Shown here: positions 54,320 to 64,000 of the stretch, one piece after another
Numbering within the stretch: position 1 is the first letter of the stretch
How the letters are laid out: each line of letters opens with the position of its first letter
Assembly (NCBI GenBank): GCA_951406725.2
Contig: OX597816.1
Span: 84,940,001 to 85,004,000 of the forward strand
Length of the DNA: 64,000 nt
From: Octopus vulgaris
Lineage: Eukaryota
Reading direction: 5' to 3'
Translations under genes and position numbers: made by a program
Notes under the pieces: model-generated
Databases searched by the model: none
The model's input: the letters and a program-made list of their open reading frames with translations, nothing else
Told to the model about the DNA's origin: nothing

Positions 54320-55081
54320 CTGCGCCACACGCACAGTTTTCAGTAACCATAATAAACACACGCAAAAAGTAATTGATTAGTACGTCAATGTGAAGAAGAC
54401 ATATACTTACAGACATCTTCATATACACACACGCACACTAAATCAAACACGCATCATACATACATAGATACACATAAGCATGTTCATAGATAAACATAAA
54501 AGGATAGCCATATGAATATAGATGCGAATACGTTAATGTATTTGAAGAACCGAATTTTAATTAAATATGCAAGACATTTCGTTAATTATTTAACACTAGA
54601 ATATATTGTTTCCTTTGCCCATGCGCAATCTTAAATTTACATCAGTTGAAAATGGTATGACGTCAAAGAAAATGATCGATTGTCAGATTTCTGTAAATAA
54701 ATTGTTTACGTTTCTATAAAGACACTTGAGAATGATATTTCTTGTTATATAAATAGGAAATATTGTACAGTTGCATGAAAGACAAATTACGCAGTACCAA
54801 ACATAGACTACTTAGAAGCCTCTGCATTCAGTTTTCACAAGTGCTACAATAACACATATCAGGTATATTCGGGCTGTAGTCAATGAATCACTGTATGCTT
54901 GTCAAATGATTAAAATTTTACAAACCACAATTTAAACTTAACTCTTTTCCACAGTCTTCAGAGATAAAGAAGCACGGTGTGCTCTACTGCAGCAGACATG
55001 CGATTTGGAGTTGGTTGCTCAATAAATTACTGAGATTGGTGTTTGTTGTTCTGCCGTAGCAGTCTTATTTTCTTACATGTA

Positions 55082-55298
55082 CGGAGGGATGCTGAAAAGT
55101 CTCTGGCTTTAAGGGTGTCATGAAATGCCTGGTTCGAGATCCAACATTCAGAGTTCTTTTACTGGGTTTAGAAAAACTGAAGGACCGCTACAGTATGTTT
55201 GTGAATCTAAAAGAGGAATATTTTGAATGATATCATAATTAACTAATCCACCTGTATTTCTTTTACTTAAAGCCTGGAATCTTTCAGTACCCACCACA
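55082..55298 (+). mobile_element. Mariner-derived MITE
   Basis: TIR-like GGGATGCTGAAAAGTCTCTGGCTTT / AAAGCCTGGAATCTTTCAGTACCC; internal GLEKLKDRY...VNLK.EYFE* transposase C-terminal trace. Confidence 0.75.
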
Positions 55299-55784
55299 TC
55301 ATAATCTATGTTTAAACATGTAATCTTCATTTTAAATTCACAGTTGTCACAGAAAATTTAGAAAATTGTGTTAAAATGTCAAGTTACTAAAATACGTTTT
55401 GGTGCCCATTGAAAAATATTCATTATTTGATGCATTAAAATATAATAAATTATCAGATTCTGCCCTTTACTCACTCATTTCTAGTACTCTGTCCTCCCCG
55501 TCCTTGTACTCTGTCCTCCTCGTCCTTTTATACAATAATTATTAACATGGTCGTTAATCGTACAAAGTATTCTATTATAGGAATATTTTAGTATCCCTCA
55601 TATTCATTGTAGGTGGGTTGTCCTTGCCATCTATCCGTCTTAGGACAATAAATTAAATTATTCAGGTTTAATTTGCATGAATTGAAGTAGGGAGCAATAC
55701 GCTTCGCAACAATTGACGAGATTGAATGTGTCTATATTATTACAGGACTTGTGTTATTTTACCACGTGAGTAAACTTTTAAGTA

Positions 55785-56350
55785 CGAGGGTGAGTCAAAA
55801 AGGAATGCCATTTTGTTTAGGACAGGTATAATTACAAACACAGAAACATGTATCATACATCAAAATGAAGCTGGTCCTCTGTGGATCACATCCCTACTTC
55901 TCAACATAGCCACCGTTTCTCTCAATAGAAATGTTCCATCTTCGAATGAGCGCATGTATCCCTGTCCCCTAAAATTCTGTTGACTGTTCCTTGAGTCACT
56001 TCTTCACAACAGTTTTCACCTTCTCGTCCCTGGACTATCCTCGTCAGTGGACTATCATCTCTTCGGCCCCATAAAAGTGAGTTTGAGAGGCAAAGATTAT
56101 TCCAGTGACCAGGAAGTGAAAACTGTAATGAAGAAGTGGCTCAAAGAACAGTCAACAGAATTTTACGGGACAGGGATACATGATCTCATTCGAAGGTGGA
56201 ACATTGCTATTGAGAGAAGCAGTGACTATGTTGAGCAGTAGGGATGTGATCCACAGAGGATCAGCTTCATTTTGATGTATGATACATATTCCTGTGTTTG
56301 TAATTGTACTTCACGTAAACAAAATCGCATTACTTTTTGACTCACCCTCG
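55785..56350. mobile_element. Foldback mariner MITE built from two 3' ends
   Basis: TA|CGAGGGTGAGTCAAAAAG...CTTTTTGACTCACCCTCG|TA; ~245-bp inverted arms; ORF 56047..56241 DYHLFGPIK...RW...DYVE is a mariner C-terminus. Confidence 0.92.
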
Positions 56351-57676
56351 TAGTTCAGTCCAAGTAACTAAACATAGATAAAACAGTGTAAAATATAACA
56401 ACTCGTTCCATGCATTGTCAGCGCAGTAAATTTGGGAAGTAGTTTGTTAGACATTAAGTATTTGAACTCTTTTTGGGTATATTAAGATGATGGATTATGT
56501 CAGGATGATCTTCGTAACAAAAGTGACATGACAGCGACTTCACTGGTTATCCAAGCAGTATTCAAATATGTTAAGAGAGTTGACATTTGTCATTTCCATA
56601 CAATACCTTTCAAGTTGTTGTAACTACGTCGATTAATGACCTAATAATGCATAGTTCAAAAGTTCACGTCCATCTTCGGTATTTCGTTTTGTGTCTTGGT
56701 GCGATACTTTGTTCAGTGTTGCATGATCTTATCCTAGCTGTCTGAATAAATACTATGCTTGTTAAGAAGTCTACTGCCGAAACCTAGAGCCATACACAGG
56801 AAAACATTCGTGACCTCGTTTAATGTTAAAACAAAAACGGGTTTAATTCTCAACTCAATGACACTTTAGAAGCTCTTGATGAAATTAATTGTAATTATTT
56901 CTGACATATTTTTCGAAGCCAAAAAACATTTTCATATTTGAAGAGCAATTCAGTAAATAGAAATTAAAGATTTGTCAAGATATTTCTAGCATTTTCTTTA
57001 CCAAATATACGAGGAATGATACGCTAAGTGAAACGGACGAGAATTTACTTCAGATTTTAAAAGAGAGAAAGTAAATATAAATTAGAATATAACTCGATTA
57101 TCTACTGTGTCTTTCGACTCGAAACCCTTCATTAAGTAGCTAATGAGAAGTTTAGAATTTTATATGACTTGGTGTATATTGATGTTAATATTTTATTGAA
57201 GGTTATAGACGTTGCATTGCAAATGAGGTGAAATATCTACAAGTAAGAATCTAAGACAGGGTCACGATTTAGTCCTAATCACACAAAATAATTAAATTTT
57301 TCATAGTACGCAGAATTTCGAATTAACAGCTGTGTCTAATTAATAGTGAGAGAATGGCATAATCTGTTGCTACTTATAAATCGGATGTTAAAACAATCCA
57401 AATCGAATATAATTAAATACAATGACTTCAATAGTATACGGCTTCCACACGCAGAGTTAATCGTAAATATTAGGACGAAAACGCTCAGAAAACACATATG
57501 CATAAAGAAGGCAGACCAATAAAAATAATTAATAGATACCACTGACAATATTAACATGCAATAATAATGAAAACAAGTCAGAATTTATATTCAGCAGTTT
57601 TTTCACTGATATTTCAATTTCCAATACTACAGTTTTGTCACCAATACTTGCAATTTCCACAATAATATATATTTAA

Positions 57677-58036
57677 AGCAAGGCAGTGAGCTGGCAGAAA
57701 CGTTAGCACGCCGGGCGGAATGCTTAGTGGTATTTCGTCTGCCGAGGTCAACTTTGCCTTTCATCCTTTCGGGGTCGATAAATTAAGTATCAGTTACGCA
57801 CTGGGGTCGATGTAATCGACATAATCTCTTTGTCTGTCCTTGTTTGTCCCTTCTGTGTTTATCCCCTTGTGGGTAATAAAGAAATAGATATTTCGTCTGT
57901 CTTTGCGTTCTGAGTCCAAATTTCGCCGAGGTTGACTTTACCTTTCGGATGTAATTAAGTATCAGTTGCGTACTGGGGTAGGTCTAATCGACTGGCCCCT
58001 TCCTCCAAAATGTCGGGTCTTGTGCTTAGAGTAGAA
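57677..58036 (+). mobile_element. Dimeric SINE family B with 16-bp TSD
   Basis: TSD AATAATATATATTTAA at 57661-57676 and 58037-58052; the block TATTTCGTCTG...GCCGAGGT...AATTAAGTATCAGTT...TAATCGAC occurs twice. Confidence 0.9.
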
Positions 58037-59391
58037 AATAATATATATTTAAGTCATCCTTGGTTTCTTTTCAAATCAACATACACCAAAAATAGAAAAG
58101 GAAACTGCAATGAGAAGTTAATTTATTTTAAATTCCAGTTAAATGGTAAAGACAGTTACAACAGTTTTACCTACAATAGTAATTATTTCTAATATTAGCT
58201 CCACGCCACTTGCAAGTGATGCAATCCGTTTGATGACCCACAGTATGTGATTAATTTTTATGTATTATCCTCACTCTTGAACTTTTGAAAACAAGTGGAA
58301 AGAAGCCCCAAATCCTTGTTTTTATGAGACACCTGAGATATATCATAAACCTCATAAAGTTAGAAAAGCTGAGGAATACTATCTCCTTTCTGAAAGCAAA
58401 GCTTATTAGCAAGAAAAGGATAATACTATAGTCTGATATATTTTGAGCGTGATTCAACACGTTAATGTTATTTCACTGTCACTCAATGAATTTTAGAATA
58501 CCCAAATAGTCTTAATTAAACTGTAATCGAGATCAACACTGAGGCTGCCACAATTTTGCCGACCGAGTCAGTACTGGCATGATAAAAATCGTTCGACTTC
58601 CGTATGCTAACGTTCAAGTTAAACTCTGTAGCTTCAAGTTCGGCACCTGTAAACGTAAGAGCATGTAAAAGAGTATATAGAGTTTTATCTACAAAAATAA
58701 ATTACAAAGTTGTTTGCATACTAGGCCCAGAATAGATATTAAAGGGAACACTTATATTCCTGTATTTTGCACATGAATTGGAAAATGTGACGTTTCCTCT
58801 ATGCAATGTCAAATAGGATTCAAGATTCTAGCCAAAAGTATTCACGTTTCCTTTCAAAGAAGCGAATGTACACACTGGATGAATATAAATCAGCATTATC
58901 TTCTGTTCACAGATAGGCAATGTAAAACCCAAAACCCAGTTTATAATAAATAATATAAGTATCTTCAATACCCCTTGTGAGTCTTAGTCATTACATTTGT
59001 TCGCGTAATTCTGTGTAGGGACATAGTATAGCACAAACTTTACTCAAACACATATACGCACATGCACGCATATATTATCTATATACATGTAGACATGCAT
59101 GTATGGTTATACGTATATAAAAATCATGGTCTTCATTCACATGTGTGTAGGTCTCGGTTGTATTTACCATACTTCCGTTTAGTATTTGTGGTTTGTATGC
59201 TGACCCAGTGTAACACGCCTAAAATGACATCTGTTTGGGAAGTGAAACGTATGCTAGCATTTAGCAAATACTATTTCCAGCTGTTTACATTGAAGCGATA
59301 TGAAATGATTTATTCTTCAAGAGCGCACTTATGGCCGTGGACCTAACAAATTAGCCAATAATCAATGCCATTTCACTTTATATGTATAATG

Positions 59392-59428
<37 letters not shown>

Positions 59429-59504
59429 ACATATATATAACTATTCATACATATATACATACATATATATAAATATATAACTATAAACATAAATATAAAT
59501 ACAA

Positions 59505-59565
<61 letters not shown>

Positions 59566-60412
59566 CATGACTCAACAAAGAAACAATTTTCATGACCAAA
59601 TACCATCCATGCCTTAGTATTTGTAGTGGCGAAAGGGAGATAAATACCTCCGATCATTCTGAAACTTTTGCTGAATTTGCTACAACAACTAGTGTTACTA
59701 TATGTCATTACAAAGACTCCCTCAGCCACTAAAATTTCTGCAGCTGGTACTTGAAGCCTGTAGGGTCTAGTAGGCAAAAATAATTATGGGTAGCAATCTG
59801 CTCTACTGAGTTTATTTTTTAAATAACCAAATGCTATGAACCAAAAAGGAGGTTAAGGTTTCTGACAAACTTCACAAATGAAAGTGAACGACGCAGAACT
59901 TTAACCAACTCCCTATTGAACATACTATCGCACTATAAATACTGTAGACAGTTGGTCTGTAAATCGGCACCAGCACCAGAAATAAATTCAAAGGAGCGAC
60001 GAAGGCTTCTAACTGTTACTACAGAAAAATATACTTACTGCTGCTGCAATACTACGACCAGCCAACAATTTGTATCATGTAATTTTGGTAAGAGAGTCGA
60101 GTAAATTTCCAGAACTTATATCATGAAAGATTAATTTAATTAAGTTATTTCAATATATTTTTACATTTATCTCAGCATTACAAGATCGTCTTTCAAAGCG
60201 AATGAAGCCTGTAATATATTTTGATAAAAATGTAAATACGTATTTTGCTTTTATTCTTCATAGAGTTCTCAAAGCACTTTCTTTTTGTTTTGTAATTTGA
60301 ATTTACTTGGCTGTGTGTGTGCGTATAAGTATATACATATATGCCTACATGAGTATGCGTGTATATAGATATATATACTTATATACACACAAACCCACAT
60401 ATATATGTGTAC

Positions 60413-60500
<88 letters not shown>

Positions 60501-60549
60501 AGAGGCAGACAGACATGCAACACATACATACGTACATGCATCCATATAT

Positions 60550-61010
60550 AAGACCATCATTGTCAAAAGTTTGGCAAAATTATCATAGATAAATTTTACG
60601 CATCTCATTAGTGGGATATGTGGGTTTTGTTGAAGCTTGATACTGGGTGAATGTTATGCACAGAAGCCCCATCGAAACGGGGAGGAGCGGAAAAGGCAGA
60701 TTATAATGCTCTTACAGGAGATGAAAACATCGAAATTCTGCTAGAAATCACGCTCAGAAACTGAAAGCATGAAAGTTACCACAACGCGTGTCTGGAAAAG
60801 ATAATATATGCTTGGAAAGTTAGAATAAATGTAAATAATAGGGGTATACAGAGAAAATAAACCCAATTCTTTCAAGCACTTTTAAGACTATTTCTTTAAA
60901 TTTGGAAACCTGTGGCGACAGATAGGGACAGAAACTCAGATGCCAATAATCTCTTTAAATGTCCCGATTTCGACTTTCTAACGCTGGTCTGGTTGGTCAC
61001 CAAACGCTAC
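60550..61010 (+). mobile_element. Possible very old RLE-LINE remnant
   Basis: Faint ENIEIL and LW...MPII traces. Confidence 0.2.
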
Positions 61011-61460
61011 ACGAACCAAAGTCAAATAATAATATATCAATACCTCCTATAAAACATAAATTTACTAATCATCTAACAATTGTTGTTTTTCTAGCGTTGG
61101 TCTGAAGAGACATATATGTCTGTGTACGATGCCAAGAAAAATAACATTTTTATTAAGGTAAAGAATAAAAAAGAAATGAAAAAACTTATGGGTCGCACAT
61201 GTGCCAAAACTTGAAGGGGTCTAGTTTGCAGGTCATTAATATGATCATTCTCATTATTGAACAGATTCCCATGCATAAATGTTTCGCTGAAACACATACA
61301 CAAGCATACACATACAAAATACACCATTTTCTTGCTAAACATACAAACTTATCCCTTTGAGTATAAGTACAAAATGCTGCTTCTACGATCATCTTTATTT
61401 ATAGTGTATAGTTTATAAATAACTATAACGTCTGCCTCTCTGTCTACCTCTTATTGCGGA

Positions 61461-61503
<43 letters not shown>

Positions 61504-61530
61504 TATATGTGTATATATATGTATATATAC

Positions 61531-62122
61531 TTCCCGCCTCCTCATCCGTGCAACCATCCGTTCCACCCGCTCTCTCCTTCACTTCCTTGACCACCAACTT
61601 CCCCAGACTTACCTCCTTCTCTCCTCCCTCTGCCCTCTACTCATTACCCAACCTATTCTCCGCTTCATTCTTAATCTCAACCACCAACTTCACAATTTCC
61701 TCATACACACAAATAACAAAAAAAACTCCACTACCTCCTCAACCCTTCACCTCCTTACCCTCGCCCATCACCTACATCCTCCCCTCCAGCTCCCCCGACT
61801 CCCTCCAATCCCGCACCCACACGCCTTCCACCTGCCCCCTCCACGGTCCCCCCCTGACCTTCCTACGCCTACCCCATCTTCACCCAACCTTCCCAACTCT
61901 CCTCCTTACACCTCTGCACCTCCTCTTCCTGACCTCGTATGTACCGTTGGCGATTTTTCCTCTGTCTTCCCTTCTCTGGATCTTTCTTTCTCTTATGTTT
62001 CCGACGAAGAGCTCCGCTCGAAACGTTAAACCCTCCTTCTTTCCTGAGCGTCCAATAATACTATATTTGTTCCACGTCCTCGCGTTGTTATGTTTTTTTG
62101 TGTTTTCTTGTTTGGATTAACT
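61531..62122 (+). mobile_element. Non-autonomous PLE-like element between (TA)n and (CA)n
   Basis: Pyrimidine-rich body with an ORF fragment (SRLLIRATIRSTRSLL), then a minimal hammerhead motif. Confidence 0.6.
61997..62031 (+). ncRNA. Minimal type I hammerhead, core-mutated (U4C)
   Basis: GTTT CCGACGA A GAGC tcc GCTC GAAA CG TT AAAC; palindromic ACGT stem III typical of PLE minimal hammerheads. Confidence 0.6.
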
Positions 62123-62379
62123 ATTTATACACACACACACACACACATGTATATATATATATATATATATACTTATAAGATTCAAGAATCGAGGTGTAGG
62201 AAGAAAGTTAACTTCAAGCAAATCATAGTAATTATGAGAAACAACTTTCAGGGACAATGGTGCTTTATTGAGACGGAAGATTGTGTTTTTTCCCGTATCG
62301 AAGTATGATAAATGGGAAAAAAGTTCTTTTTATATATCACGGTGGGCAACAAGGGTTGTCAGTTATGCGAATAAGAATA

Positions 62380-62716
62380 GAATAGGTAAGGAAAGAAGTA
62401 GATAAAATCCGGGTTACATATATTTCATAGCGAGCCTATCCTCGAAAATGGTAAATATCCATGCGAGGTATTTGAATCTGATTGAATCTTCCATGTATTT
62501 TTCAGGAACCTCCTTTCGATAATTCTGATTGAATCTTGAATGTGTTAACATGTATCTCCTTGCGAGAATTAAAACTTTCATTTAATCAAGATATCCTTAG
62601 CCTGAAGAGTAGCCTGCGGTACAGACCTCGCTTGAATATTTACCATTTCCGAAAGTCCGCTCGCTATGAAACACATGTAGCCCGGGTCTTGCCTAGTCCT
62701 TATATTTAACTCTTGT
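62380..62716. mobile_element. PLE terminus with inverted partial duplication, ending at (CA)n
   Basis: ~62385-62470 (CCGGGTTACATATATTTCATAGCGAGC...GCGAGGT) is the reverse complement of ~62625-62705. Confidence 0.65.
62599..62682 (+). ncRNA. Type I hammerhead ribozyme motif
   Basis: GC CTGAAGA GTAGC...GCTAT GAAA CACATG TA GC; 5-bp stem II, near-palindromic stem III, GUA site after 62679; stem I only 2 bp. Confidence 0.62.
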
Positions 62717-62745
62717 ACACACACGCACACACTCACACACACACA

Positions 62746-62800
<55 letters not shown>
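62717..62800. repeat. (CA)n microsatellite
   Basis: CA run. Confidence 0.95.
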
Positions 62801-62807
<7 letters not shown>

Positions 62808-64000
62808 ATATGCATATATGTGTGTGCTTATGTTTATGTATGTGTTATATATTTGTGTGCAAGTAAGTTATGATCTGATAGCGGTGTTTACAATCGGGAA
62901 ATATCTTGTTTTGAGCGCGCTGAATTACTGCTCATATCTATGATTTCAAAGCTTTCAATGCCTTGCCTAACCAAGTAAAGATACTGCAAGAAATATTCAC
63001 ACACATTAACAATAATAAATATGTAAATATATTTGTATAACATATATTGGTAACGCCTATGCACATTATACCTCTACTCTCTGGAACACTGGCGGAATGA
63101 TATGAATGATAAATATGTAGAAGCTTCTTGAATACCTTCTCGCAGACATTGGCATTCAGAAAGGAAACTAACACGAGGAAAGGGAGGTGGTGTCAAATCT
63201 CAAGACTTGTTTCCTCAAAGTCTTACATAAAGTATCTTTGCAACAACAGTTTGTATTTGTCCAACTGTTTTCCAAAAGTGTTACAGAGCATGACTATAAT
63301 TTCAACTGAGACTTTTAAAATATATCTAGTTGCATTTTCCCGTAACGTACCAGATTAGCCATCTGGAAAGTGCTTCATGCACAACATCAATTCATTGATC
63401 CAAGAACGCTACTGTAGAAAAAAGTATATGGAAGTTACACAGAAATGACACAAAAGGCAGGGAACGTGCAATTCTGAATGCAATGCTCCAGTATGTCATT
63501 GGCTATTAAGGATAAATCAAAACTAACGAAGTAAAAATACATACAATTGCTACGAAAATTTAAGTTCCGTTGGGTGATCATTTGTGTGTATGATTATATA
63601 CGCATGTAGACATTGCAGGATGTCGTAGCAGGTATAGCTGAATACGTTTCCTGTATTATTATTTATATCTGTACACAGTTGTGAGCGTTAAGATATCTGC
63701 ATCGGCAAACATTTCGAATATGGAAAAGATAACGAGAATTTAATAGCTGCTGGCAATTGAAATTTCTCTTCAATTGAATCAATGATACAATCTGTCCTTA
63801 GAGATGAGTATGATGAAATACTGCAAAAGCATAACCTATTACATCATCGAGTTAACCCTTAGGTTACTAAATGTAATTTACATGTTCATATATTGGTGAG
63901 ATGCAAAAGTTTAAGCAACAACCACAACTACAATTGGTTCCAAATGCACAGATCTAAAACGAATGTAATTGGTTTTTAGAAATTATTAACAGCTTTGAAT

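Noticed and set aside
57098-57142. Minus-strand hammerhead-like CTAC TTAATGA...GAAA...GTAG
   Set aside because: Two core mutations and no valid stem III or NUH; at most a fossil
59625-59775. Minus-strand CTGAGGGA GTC...GAC after an LDP.GF-like peptide, beside (TA)n
   Set aside because: GAAA box missing; PLE origin plausible but unsupported
59916-60104. ORF KSAPAPEINSKERRRLL ending at TTG|GTAAGA as a host exon
   Set aside because: Weak acceptor and no recognisable domain
61454-62120. Proline/serine-rich 191- and 203-aa ORFs as host genes
   Set aside because: Start within (TA)n and run through the pyrimidine-rich body of a repeat element

Overview
Eukaryotic, AT-rich, microsatellite-dense DNA with no recognisable host protein-coding gene. 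The repeat families (tRNA-headed SINEs with internal microsatellites, Dong/R4 LINE, mariners) strongly suggest an Octopus genome; the window is probably intronic or intergenic. Nearly all ORFs in the track are microsatellite artefacts. Real coding remnants: a young 5'-truncated CR1/L2-group LINE (~8060-10360, +); a young Dong/R4-clade RLE LINE inside (TAA)n (~45152-48362, -) plus older relics of that clade; mariner fossils and MITEs; and Penelope-like element (PLE) fragments. The most striking signal is a set of sequence-distinct, microsatellite-flanked elements that carry type I hammerhead ribozyme motifs (CUGANGA...GAAA...NUH; best at 20331-20383, 33453-33534 and 62599-62682). Most occur as inverted partial duplications, the known architecture of PLE pseudo-LTRs. 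Also noted: a candidate circularly permuted (type II) hammerhead, a foldback mariner MITE, a dimeric SINE with a 16-bp TSD, and a candidate 3-nt neural-type microexon. All calls are by eye; coordinates of degraded elements are approximate.
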